Source: an alpha proteobacterium MED-G09 (GTDB lineage: Bacteria > Pseudomonadota > Alphaproteobacteria > MED-G09). Taken from it: a stretch of 64,000 nucleotides of DNA. Position 1 is the stretch's first letter; every line of letters begins with the position of its first letter. Under the pieces are notes generated by a model. That model was not told where the DNA came from, searched no databases, and saw nothing but the letters and a program-made list of their open reading frames with translations. Positions 31,517 to 40,692 of the stretch are shown piece after piece. The stretch is taken from positions 147,570-211,569 of the forward strand of contig CAJIZT010000007.1 in assembly GCA_905182015.1 (NCBI GenBank), read 5' to 3'. The translations under genes and the position numbers were made by a program.

Positions 31517-32194
31517 CTAAAATCTCCATCCATAACCAATGCTAATTGCTAGCGGATCTAGGTCAACTGATGCAGTTGCTATTCCAGCAGCTCCGGCGTC
31601 AATTGAAGTATCGGTTGATAGTGTATATTTTTTAATATCAATATTAAAATAGTTATTTTCATTAATAACATAATCAAAACCAATATTTAGAGCAAAACCA
31701 AAGTCATCTTTGTAGCTTATACCCACAGCATCACCTGGATTATCATCATAAAAAAATGTATAATTTATTCCAGCACCGACATAGGGTAAAAATCTACTTT
31801 CACTATTAAAATGATATTGCAAAGTAAATGTTGGCGGTAAAACCTTTACTGTTCCTAGATTTACATTTCCCAGGGCAGTGCCTACGGCAGCAACATTATG
31901 TTCGGTAGTTCCAAAAATTGTTTCAATAGCAATATTATCAGTTATAAAATATCTAATATCTAGTTCTGGGACAGTATCATCATCAACCGTAGCTTCGCCG
32001 CCTATTGATGTTACTGAATCAACGTCCGGATCTAAATTTAGTACCTTAAGTCCTACAAGCCATGTACCAGCACTTTTGAATGCAGTATTTTCTTGTGCTT
32101 GAGATATTGTTGGTAATATAATTACTGAAGTAAAAAATACTAATGCCAAAATAGGGATTAGGGTTAAAAGTTTTTTAATAATATGTTTTTTCAT
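31517..32194 (-). CDS. OmpW-family outer-membrane beta-barrel protein
   Basis: Signal peptide, alternating amphipathic strands, and C-terminal ...SIGYGWRF (terminal Phe). The 8-strand barrel size is about 225 aa. Confidence 0.55.
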   Translation of the reverse strand: MKKHIIKKLLTLIPILALVFFTSVIILPTISQAQENTAFKSAGTWLVGLKVLNLDPDVDSVTSIGGEATVDDDTVPELDIRYFITDNIAIETIFGTTEHNVAAVGTALGNVNLGTVKVLPPTFTLQYHFNSESRFLPYVGAGINYTFFYDDNPGDAVGISYKDDFGFALNIGFDYVINENNYFNIDIKKYTLSTDTSIDAGAAGIATASVDLDPLAISIGYGWRF

Positions 32195-32597
32195 TTTTTC
32201 CTCTCTTTAGTGCTTTTAGGGAATCTAGGGCGCACAATCTGAACATCAAATACCCAGCTCTTAAGCGAGCTAGACTTAGTTAACATTTTACATCTTGGGA
32301 AAATAAGGACCTTTTTTTGCTTATTAGCCACATTAAAAAAACCACCTTCGCAGGTTATGCAGGTTGGTAGGAATTATCTTCCTTCAAAATGTAAGCTTTA
32401 AAATATATTCAAATTAAAAAAAATGCAATTAAAAATTAAAAAATACAAATAAAAATTATGCTGGGGATTGAAATTTAAAATTATGGTATAAAAACTCTTA
32501 ATATATTTGTAAAAAACATTGTTTTTGTTAATAAGTTCGATTACTTAAATGTTATTTGTAATGATTAAATATTTTTAATTAGTAAAGTTGATAAAAC

Positions 32598-33686
32598 ATG
32601 AAGAATCCAATACCAAATATTCACTTAAATGATTTAATGCCTTACAAAGGTGGTAAAAGCCATGTGCTGGGTGTTGAAAAAATTTACAAACTATCATCGA
32701 ATGAGAATCCTTTTGGACCTAGCAAGGCTGTCGTTCGTGCTTATAGGAATGCTGTTAATGACATAACTGTTTATCCAGATCCATCCAATAATGAGCTCAC
32801 TAAAAAACTTTCTGAATTCTATTCCATAGATTATAGCAAAATAATTTGTGGGTGCGGCTCCGATGAGATTCTTCATTTATTGGCACGGGCCTATCTTGCG
32901 GGCAATGATGAGGCTATAGTATCAGAAAATTCTTTTGCTGTTTATCCTCTTGCAATAAAAGCATCGGGAGCAAGGGTGGTTAGGGCCAAAGAAAAAGACT
33001 TTGTAACTCAGATTCAATCTATTCTTGATTTAGTAAATAACTCTACAAAAATTGTTTTTATTGCCAACCCCAATAATCCAACCGGTACCATGATCTCTTA
33101 TGATGATATTATTAGGCTTCATAATGAATTGCCAGATGATATCTTGCTTATCCTTGATGAGGCCTATGCCGAGTATGTACATGATGAAAGTTATCATTCT
33201 GGCTTTAATCTGGTAAATGATAACAATAATGTTGTCGTCACAAGAACATTTTCAAAAGCATATGGCCTAGCTGGGTTAAGAGTTGGCTGGGCATATTGTC
33301 CAATTGAAGTGATTGATGTATTAAATCGCCTCCGTATTCCATTTTCAGTAAATTCTGCCGCACAGAAAGTGGCAGTTGCAGCGATAAATGATCAGCAGCA
33401 CATAATAAATTCTGTAAAACATAATAATTTTTGGTTGCCAAAAATCAAGCATGAATTAGAGAATTTAGGATTTATTGTCACTTCTAGTCATTGTAATTTT
33501 ATCCTTATTGAAGTTCCCATAGAATTAAATCATGATGCAGATGAGATTTATAATTTTCTTTGCTCAAGGGGTATAATCGTGAGGCAAATGTATGAGTATG
33601 GTTTGCCAAACTACTTAAGGCTCACCATTGGCCTCGAGGAGGCAAACAGTCTCGTTATCTCTTCCCTTGTGGAGTTTTTAAAATAA
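32598..33686 (+). CDS. hisC: histidinol-phosphate aminotransferase
   Basis: Class II aminotransferase with PLP-lysine region TRTFSKAYGLAGLRVG and the hisC-tyrC pairing. Confidence 0.85.
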   Translation: MKNPIPNIHLNDLMPYKGGKSHVLGVEKIYKLSSNENPFGPSKAVVRAYRNAVNDITVYPDPSNNELTKKLSEFYSIDYSKIICGCGSDEILHLLARAYLAGNDEAIVSENSFAVYPLAIKASGARVVRAKEKDFVTQIQSILDLVNNSTKIVFIANPNNPTGTMISYDDIIRLHNELPDDILLILDEAYAEYVHDESYHSGFNLVNDNNNVVVTRTFSKAYGLAGLRVGWAYCPIEVIDVLNRLRIPFSVNSAAQKVAVAAINDQQHIINSVKHNNFWLPKIKHELENLGFIVTSSHCNFILIEVPIELNHDADEIYNFLCSRGIIVRQMYEYGLPNYLRLTIGLEEANSLVISSLVEFLK

Positions 33687-33687
33687 A

Positions 33688-34608
33688 ATGGCTATTTCTT
33701 TTAATAAGATATGCATTATTGGTCTTGGTTTGATAGGAGGTTCAATCGGTCTTGCTATAAAAAGAGCCGGAATTTCTAATCAGGTTATTGGCCATGCTCG
33801 GTCTCGGTCGACATTAGAAGTAGCCTTGTCTAGGGGTTTAGTCGATAGAGTGGAAAGTGAAGCAAGGGATGCGGTCAGGAGTGCTGATTTAGTTATTTTG
33901 GCTACACCCCTTTCAATATTTAAACCGATAGTTGAAGAAATAGGACCATTTTTAAAAAATGGATGTATTTTAACTGATACTGGATCAGCAAAATTAAGGG
34001 TTATTGATGAGTTAAAGGATATTATTCCTAAAAATATTGAGTTTATTCCTAGTCATCCTATAGCTGGAACAGAACAGTCAGGACCCGATGCTGGATTTGC
34101 TGAATTATTTGATAATCGTTGGTGCATAATAACGCCGACGAAAGACAATACTGATAAAAATATTAATTTAATACGAACCTTTTGGGAGTCCCTTGGGTCT
34201 ATGGTTGAGTGTATGGATGCCTTGCATCATGATAAGGTATTGGCAATAACAAGTCATATACCTCATTTGATTGCCTACAATATAGTTGGGACAGCAAATA
34301 ATCTTGCTAATGTAACAAATAGTGAGGTGGTTAAGTATTCGGCTGGGGGGTTTAGAGATTTTACTAGAATAGCCGCATCAGATCCTAAAATGTGGAGTGA
34401 TATATTCACTTACAATAGCGAGGCAGTCTTGGAAATGCTAGAATTATTCTCCAGTGATTTATCTAGGTTAAAAGATGCTATTAGTAAAAAAGATTCTAAT
34501 TTACTATTCTCAAACTTCGAAAAAACACGGACCGTGAGAAAAGAAATAATTGATGCTGGACAAGCTGAAGGTAGCATTGCTCCAGCCGAGAAAAAATCTC
34601 AAGATTAA
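33688..34608 (+). CDS. tyrC: prephenate/arogenate (cyclohexadienyl) dehydrogenase
   Basis: Rossmann GLGLIGGS and PDH catalytic region HPIAGTE, with a 2-bp gap after hisC. Confidence 0.8.
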   Translation: MAISFNKICIIGLGLIGGSIGLAIKRAGISNQVIGHARSRSTLEVALSRGLVDRVESEARDAVRSADLVILATPLSIFKPIVEEIGPFLKNGCILTDTGSAKLRVIDELKDIIPKNIEFIPSHPIAGTEQSGPDAGFAELFDNRWCIITPTKDNTDKNINLIRTFWESLGSMVECMDALHHDKVLAITSHIPHLIAYNIVGTANNLANVTNSEVVKYSAGGFRDFTRIAASDPKMWSDIFTYNSEAVLEMLELFSSDLSRLKDAISKKDSNLLFSNFEKTRTVRKEIIDAGQAEGSIAPAEKKSQD

Positions 34609-34627
34609 GATTTAATCTTGACGACAC

Positions 34628-35341
34628 TCAGCCTATTAATAAATTTGTTTCAGTTTCTATTGTATTTTCAAGTTTTTTTTCGAAATCTTTCCTATTAAGG
34701 CCGGGAGGAATTTGAGGCATAAATTTAACAGTAATTTTTCCAGGATTCCTATCTAAGCCTTTTGTTTTCCAGTATACTCCTGAATTAAGGGCTACTGGAA
34801 TACAAGGTATTTTCAAAAATTTGTATAATGCAGCTACTCCGGATTTATATGGAGTTTTTTCTCCAACAGGACTTCTTGTTCCTTCGGGGAATATAACTAT
34901 TGGCCTCTCGCTTATGGAGCAACTTTTCCCTTGTTTAACTAACTTTCTAATAGACTTGCTATGTGCCCCACGATCTAACCAAATCATCCCTACCTTCATT
35001 GCATGCCAGCCATAGAAAGGGATAAATATAATCATTCTTTTTAAAACCATTGCTGAATCTGGGAAAAGTGCTGTAAAAAAAATAGTATCCCATATTGACT
35101 GATGCTTCGATGCGACAATAAAAGGTCCAGAAGGAATATTTTCTTTACCAATTATTTCCCAATCTAGACCATCTAGCCTCTTAAACAAAACAAGCATAAG
35201 TCGCGACCACGAGTGAATTAATTTTGCTGTATATGCCCTAGGAAGAAACAAGCAGGGTGAGCCAAGGATTGCTATCAGCAGTGTTAGGCTAATTATTATC
35301 GCTGTACTTACGAAAGAGTGGGAAGTCTTTTTTAAATTCAT
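34628..35341 (-). CDS. lysophospholipid (1-acyl-sn-glycerol-3-phosphate) acyltransferase family
   Basis: HQSIWD (HxxxxD) and FPEGTRS acyltransferase motifs, plus an N-terminal TM. Confidence 0.7.
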   Translation of the reverse strand: MNLKKTSHSFVSTAIIISLTLLIAILGSPCLFLPRAYTAKLIHSWSRLMLVLFKRLDGLDWEIIGKENIPSGPFIVASKHQSIWDTIFFTALFPDSAMVLKRMIIFIPFYGWHAMKVGMIWLDRGAHSKSIRKLVKQGKSCSISERPIVIFPEGTRSPVGEKTPYKSGVAALYKFLKIPCIPVALNSGVYWKTKGLDRNPGKITVKFMPQIPPGLNRKDFEKKLENTIETETNLLIG

Positions 35342-35351
35342 CTTATTTTAC

Positions 35352-35951
35352 CTATTTAAAAAAGTATCTTAGCTTTGTTATATTAAGTTTGATATATTCA
35401 ATAATTATTTTTTCAATATTCTTATAATAAATAAACACTTTGTCTGTATTTGTATTCACGGGCCATTGTTGAATATCAATATATTTGGTATTTTTTTTAA
35501 ATTCGAAGATACTCCTAGGCATATGTTCTGCGGATGTGACGAGAATAATTTTTTCATAGCTTTTACTTTTTAACCATTTATTTGTTTCAATAGCATTAGT
35601 TTCAGTATTGTAAGATTTTTTTTCAAAAAATACACAGCACTCAAAAAGAGAAGTTTTATTTAAAACATTTTTTGGATTTACTATTTTAGTGATATCAGAT
35701 TTTGTAACAATTGGGTTAACACCTGAAATAAATAGTACTTTTCCATAATTATTTTCTAACAACCTGAATCCTTCTTCAATTCTTTGGGAAGCGCCGGTCA
35801 GAACAATAATAACCTTATCATCGCCTGGATTAAGAGTATCAGATTTCGTTGATAAATAAATAAAATTAGAAATATCAAATAAAAATATCAAAAAAAATAT
35901 TACGACAGATAGACGCTTAATTTTTATTGATTTAATTTTTTTTATTCTCAT
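35352..35951 (-). CDS. DUF218 (YdcF/SanA/ElyC-like) domain protein
   Basis: Motifs VIIVLTGAS ... LFISGV ... ETNAIETNKWL ... ILVTSAEHMPRS. Confidence 0.6.
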   Translation of the reverse strand: MRIKKIKSIKIKRLSVVIFFLIFLFDISNFIYLSTKSDTLNPGDDKVIIVLTGASQRIEEGFRLLENNYGKVLFISGVNPIVTKSDITKIVNPKNVLNKTSLFECCVFFEKKSYNTETNAIETNKWLKSKSYEKIILVTSAEHMPRSIFEFKKNTKYIDIQQWPVNTNTDKVFIYYKNIEKIIIEYIKLNITKLRYFFK

Positions 35952-36061
35952 AATATTAACATTTTTAGCATAGTTTTCTATTTAATTTTTGTATCTTATT
36001 TATTTTACTTAGTCTATTTAGGTGATGAAAAGAATCTCATATTTCCAATACAGAGACTAAT

Positions 36062-36958
36062 ATGCAAAAAACCCTATTTAATTTATTTCCATTCATCCTC
36101 CTCCTTCTTTTGGTAGTCATGTGGGGTTCTGCGTTTGCAGCACTAAAGGTTTCATTAACTACGATACCTCCTTTATGGGTTATGCTTTCTAGAATGATAA
36201 TTGGAAGCTTAACCATAGCTACAGTATTTCTTTTTTTAAAAAAAAAATTACCTCTAACAATTCAATTTTGGAAATGGAGTTTTCTAATTGGTTTTCTAGG
36301 ATTCTCAATACCATTTAGCGCCATATCGTGGGGAGCACAATATATTCCATCGTCACTGGTAGCTATCCTAATGGGAGCCAATCCGATAATCACATTATTG
36401 CTGTCACATTTTTTTCTAACAAACAGTAGGATGAGCTTGAGAATGGTGGGTGGAGTTATTGTTGGAGCAATTGGAATTATTCTCTTAATTGGCTTTGGAA
36501 ACCTTCAATACAATGCTTCATGGGAACAATTTATCTTTGGTCAATTAGCTGTTCTTTCTGGAACTTTTTCGTTTGCTCTTGCATCCGTTATTATAAAAAA
36601 TTCTCCGCAAGAGGACCTATTTGAAAGATCCTTAGGATCGTTAATTTGCGGAAGTTTAATTGGCTTCCTTATAGTTTATTTTTTAAGCAAATCTCCCGTA
36701 ATGCTTGAGGGAATATCGTTAATAAGTATTTTTAATGTTTGCCTGTTAGGTATTTTTCCAACAGGAGTTGCAACGATAATTTGGTTTAAGGTAATTGCCT
36801 TAAAGGGACCAATGTTTTTATCATTAGTGAACTATTTAATTCCTATTTGGGCATTGATTTTAGGCGTTCTTTTATTAAATGAAAAAGTTGATTTTATAAT
36901 TGGCTTTGGCTTAATTTTCATTACAATAGGATTATGGTTAATAGAAAAGAAGAATTAA
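36062..36958 (+). CDS. DMT-superfamily (EamA-like) transporter
   Basis: Ten predicted TM helices and two EamA repeats in 298 aa. Confidence 0.7.
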   Translation: MQKTLFNLFPFILLLLLVVMWGSAFAALKVSLTTIPPLWVMLSRMIIGSLTIATVFLFLKKKLPLTIQFWKWSFLIGFLGFSIPFSAISWGAQYIPSSLVAILMGANPIITLLLSHFFLTNSRMSLRMVGGVIVGAIGIILLIGFGNLQYNASWEQFIFGQLAVLSGTFSFALASVIIKNSPQEDLFERSLGSLICGSLIGFLIVYFLSKSPVMLEGISLISIFNVCLLGIFPTGVATIIWFKVIALKGPMFLSLVNYLIPIWALILGVLLLNEKVDFIIGFGLIFITIGLWLIEKKN

Positions 36959-36959
36959 T

Positions 36960-37454
36960 ATGTTCATGATAAAAAAAATTATAATCTTAGGATTTTCTTT
37001 TGTCTTATCGGCCTCTCTAGTTGGCTCAGCTGTTATACTTCAAAGTACCTTGTGGAACTTATTTTGGTTAAAGACGCAGGGATTTGATATATCTTGGGGA
37101 ACTTTTTTATTAACTTTTTCTCATGATATTCAAGGCGCTCTATCTCCAATCTTAGTTCAATGGGGAGTCCCGATAAATTTTTATAGCGTTATCAGCGCCT
37201 CTTTGTTAATTGCCTTTCTGGTCACTTTCCTCGTCAGATTAATGATCCCAATAAATTCTAGATTTTCTTATAGTTTTTCTGGATTTTTAAGTATTTATGT
37301 CATGATAACGCTGACAATTATGCAGTATGACGGAATTATTCTTATTTCTGGTGCCCGTGAAAATACTGGGTTGTTCGTTTTATGTTGTGTGGGAGCCTTA
37401 GGTGGATTCCTGTTTGATTTTTTAGTTAATAGATTTTCAGGAAGAGTTAAATAA
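36960..37454 (+). CDS. small polytopic membrane protein, function unknown
   Basis: 164-aa ORF with about 4-5 hydrophobic helices. It starts 2 bp after the DMT transporter and is directly followed by the PQQ-type sugar dehydrogenase. Confidence 0.4.
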   Translation: MFMIKKIIILGFSFVLSASLVGSAVILQSTLWNLFWLKTQGFDISWGTFLLTFSHDIQGALSPILVQWGVPINFYSVISASLLIAFLVTFLVRLMIPINSRFSYSFSGFLSIYVMITLTIMQYDGIILISGARENTGLFVLCCVGALGGFLFDFLVNRFSGRVK

Positions 37455-38570
37455 ATGAGAAAATATCTTCATAATACCCTTATCTTTCTTGCTATATTTT
37501 TTTTAAGTGACGAGCTTAATTCTGCTGAAAAAAATTATCAATTAGAAACCTTATCTAATCAACTTGATCGGCCTTGGGATATAGATTTTTTACCTAATGG
37601 CGATTTCCTGATTTCTGAATTAACTGGTAACCTCAGAATTTTTAATAAACAGGGGGTTTTGTCTCAACCGCTTAAAGGTTTGCCTCCTATTCTTGTTAAA
37701 AGTCAGGGTGGATTATCTGATATTGCTATACATCCAAATTTCTCTGACAATAAACTTATATTTTTATCTTTTTCTTCAACAACATCTCAAGGCAATACTC
37801 TTCAGGTGGTTAGGGCTAGATTAAATAATGAAACTTTAAGTGATGTAAGGACTATTTTTATTGCTAATGCGTTTCGTGAGACCGCAGCGCATTTCGGAGC
37901 TCGGTTACTATTCCTTAGCGATAATACTTTATTGATATCCTCGGGAGATGGCTTTAATCATAGAGAGAAGGCGCAAAGCCTCAATAGTCACTTTGGAAAA
38001 ATTCTTCGTATTAATATTGACGGTTCTATCCCGTCTGATAATCCCTTTTTTGCAAGAAAGGATATACTACCTGAGATATGGACATACGGTCATAGGAATC
38101 AACAGGGTTTAATTATAGATAATAATGGCGCTGTTTACAGTCATGAGCACGGTCCCAGAGGTGGTGATGAGCTAAATCTTATTAAGCCAGGTCTCAATTA
38201 CGGCTGGCCAGCGATTACTTATGGAATAGATTATAATGGTTCAATCGTTTCGCCTTTTAAGGAAGCAGACAATATGGAGCAACCATTAAAATACTGGGTT
38301 CCATCAATTGCTCCGTCAGACATGACATTTTATGAAGGTCCCCTCTTTCCTGAATGGAATGGTAGTTTATTTATCTCAGCCTTATCTCCGGGAGATGTCA
38401 GGAGGGTGACGTTAAGAGATAATAAGTTTGAATCTGAAGAGGTAATGTTTGGTGAGATCAATTCAAGAATTAGAAGCGTTAAGACTGCGCCAGACGGTAG
38501 TCTGATTATACTCACTGATGGCTCTAAGGATAAAAATACAGGTCAAATGATAAGAGTCTTGCCTAATTAA
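37455..38570 (+). CDS. PQQ-dependent sugar dehydrogenase (soluble glucose/sorbosone dehydrogenase family)
   Basis: Signal peptide, six-bladed propeller motifs LDRPWDI, HFGARLLF, SSGDGFN, HRNQQGL, HEHGPRGGDELN and NYGWP. Confidence 0.75.
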   Translation: MRKYLHNTLIFLAIFFLSDELNSAEKNYQLETLSNQLDRPWDIDFLPNGDFLISELTGNLRIFNKQGVLSQPLKGLPPILVKSQGGLSDIAIHPNFSDNKLIFLSFSSTTSQGNTLQVVRARLNNETLSDVRTIFIANAFRETAAHFGARLLFLSDNTLLISSGDGFNHREKAQSLNSHFGKILRINIDGSIPSDNPFFARKDILPEIWTYGHRNQQGLIIDNNGAVYSHEHGPRGGDELNLIKPGLNYGWPAITYGIDYNGSIVSPFKEADNMEQPLKYWVPSIAPSDMTFYEGPLFPEWNGSLFISALSPGDVRRVTLRDNKFESEEVMFGEINSRIRSVKTAPDGSLIILTDGSKDKNTGQMIRVLPN

Positions 38571-38611
38571 TTTGTTTATATTTATTTAATATTCTTTGTA
38601 AAGTGTAATTA

Positions 38612-39295
38612 ATGATTATTCAGTGCCCATCATGCAGTACAAATTTTTTTCTTGATAAGAAAAAACTTAAAGGTAGCAAAAAGAAATTAAAATGTTCCAG
38701 GTGTTCTATGGTCTGGACATCTTCTGCAGAAGGGAATCCCCTTGATGTGCCTAAGCTTTATGAGCCTGCTTCTAGTCAGGGCCTTAGATCAAGTCAAGCA
38801 GCATCACAATCAGTTGACCAGAATCTAAAACCCGATCATCCTTTGCCTGTTCCCTTTAATACTCCAAAAGAAAACCAAACAAGTATCTTTTTGTGGATTA
38901 CTTTTCTATTAGTATTTATATCTTTTATTATAGGATGGAATAATAGGGCTATTGTTATTAATCAATTCCCCATTCTGGCCCCGGTGGTAGAAATATTTGA
39001 TCCATCTTTGAAATTTAGAGGAATTGAAATTAGCAACCTTCTAAGCCGTATTGATTCTAGAGAAAATGGGTCTAGTCTTGTTGTTACTGGCTCTCTTATT
39101 AACCAAGAAAATTATCTTAGAAAGGTTCCATCTTTAATAGTTGTTATTGAGGATGAAAGAGGTTCTATACTAGTAAAAAAAGTTATCAAATCCAAAGGTA
39201 GTTATTTTGACTATCAAGAAATTAAAGATTTTGAGGTTAAATTTTTAAAATATCCTGCTAATGCATCCAATATCTTTGTTGAAATAATAAATTAA
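38612..39295 (+). CDS. MJ0042-type zinc-ribbon / DUF3426 family protein
   Basis: N-terminal IQCPSCSTNF ... LKCSRCSMVW zinc ribbon, a central TM, and a C-terminal DUF3426-like domain. Confidence 0.55.
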   Translation: MIIQCPSCSTNFFLDKKKLKGSKKKLKCSRCSMVWTSSAEGNPLDVPKLYEPASSQGLRSSQAASQSVDQNLKPDHPLPVPFNTPKENQTSIFLWITFLLVFISFIIGWNNRAIVINQFPILAPVVEIFDPSLKFRGIEISNLLSRIDSRENGSSLVVTGSLINQENYLRKVPSLIVVIEDERGSILVKKVIKSKGSYFDYQEIKDFEVKFLKYPANASNIFVEIIN

Positions 39296-40555
39296 TTAGA
39301 TCCAATTAGGTATTTTATCTCGCTTTATAATCTCTTCAACCTCCACTCTATCTCTTATGATTTCAAATTGATCGTTATTAACAAGAATTTCATTTATCGA
39401 TGGACGAGTGTTGTAATTTGAGGATAGTACTGACCCGTAAGCTCCTACAGATTTTATTGCTAAAAGGTCACCTTCTTCTATTGACCCCATTTTAATATTT
39501 TTTCTAAAGAAATCTCCACTTTCACAAACAGGTCCTACAATATCATATTTTAAAACGGTATCCTTTTTCCCTTCTTTAACGGAGACTACCTGATGATATG
39601 CATTATAAAGAGTAGGCCGTATGAAATCATTCATTGCAGCATCTACAATAATAAAATTATTTGAATCAGTATTCTTTATATATAAGGTTTTAGTGACTAA
39701 TATTGCTGAATTTGCAGTTAAAAATCTACCTGGCTCAATTATAATTTTACAATCAAGGTCACCTAACTTTTCTGATAATAATTTGCCATAACCTTCTATA
39801 TCCAACGGCCTATCGTCTGGATGGTATTTGACGCCTAAACCGCCTCCTACATCTAAAATATTTATTTCATGACCTTTTTTTCTTAAGCTTTTTGTTATTT
39901 TACTTAAACGATCAAAGGATTTTTCAAACGGCTCAAGATCATTGATCTGACTACCAATATGAGCATCAATACCTACAATTTTTATTCCAGGGAGACTCCC
40001 GGCAAGATCGTATGATTCACTTGCACCCCTCCAATCAATACCAAATTTATCTTCAGCTTTCCCTGTTGATATTTTTTCATTTCCACCGGCAGATATATCA
40101 GGATTAATCCTTAAGGATACAGGGGATTTGGTATTTAATTTAATAGATTCATCGGAGAGTCTTCTTAATTCACTTATAGATTCTATATTAAACATCAAAA
40201 TATTATTATTTATGGCAAATTGCATTTCTTCTAAGCTTTTTCCTACTCCAGAAAAAACGATTTTATTTGGAGATATTCCAACCTCCAGCGCCCGCTTTAG
40301 CTCCCCTATCGAAACTACATCTGCTCCTGACCCTAATTTAGAAAATGTTTTAATTATAGATTGGTTGGAATTTGATTTCACCGCGTAACAAATTTGGTAA
40401 TTACCTAAGGTTATAGATTGATCTAATTTATTATATTGATCCTTAAGGTGGTTAAATGAATAACAATAAAAGGGCGTTCTTACTTCTTTGGCTATTGAGT
40501 GTATATTTAAGCCTTCAATATAAAGCTCACCATTTTTATAATTAAAACTATTCAT
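39296..40555 (-). CDS. lysA: diaminopimelate decarboxylase
   Basis: 419-aa fold-III PLP decarboxylase with YAVKSN (PLP-Lys), GGGLGV and CESGD motifs. Confidence 0.9.
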   Translation of the reverse strand: MNSFNYKNGELYIEGLNIHSIAKEVRTPFYCYSFNHLKDQYNKLDQSITLGNYQICYAVKSNSNQSIIKTFSKLGSGADVVSIGELKRALEVGISPNKIVFSGVGKSLEEMQFAINNNILMFNIESISELRRLSDESIKLNTKSPVSLRINPDISAGGNEKISTGKAEDKFGIDWRGASESYDLAGSLPGIKIVGIDAHIGSQINDLEPFEKSFDRLSKITKSLRKKGHEINILDVGGGLGVKYHPDDRPLDIEGYGKLLSEKLGDLDCKIIIEPGRFLTANSAILVTKTLYIKNTDSNNFIIVDAAMNDFIRPTLYNAYHQVVSVKEGKKDTVLKYDIVGPVCESGDFFRKNIKMGSIEEGDLLAIKSVGAYGSVLSSNYNTRPSINEILVNNDQFEIIRDRVEVEEIIKRDKIPNWI

Positions 40556-40560
40556 AAATG

Positions 40561-40692
40561 TTACCTAGTGAGTTTTTGTATATATAGATTTTCATTCATT
40601 TCTGTTGGAGGCAAGAGGTCACCTTTTCTTCCGCAGCTAGCCAATAATGTTAGTATAAAAAAACTATAAATTATTATTTTTTTCTTACTCAT
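40561..40692 (-). CDS. small lipoprotein, LptM(YifL)-like; 43 aa, absent from the ORF track
   Basis: Hand translation gives MSKKKIIIYSFFILTLLASCGRKGDLLPPTEMNENLYIQKLTR. It has a lipobox LLAS-C followed by G-R-K-G-D-L-LPP, matching the LptM/YifL pattern. It sits between argH and lysA. Confidence 0.5.
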   Translation of the reverse strand: MSKKKIIIYSFFILTLLASCGRKGDLLPPTEMNENLYIQKLTR

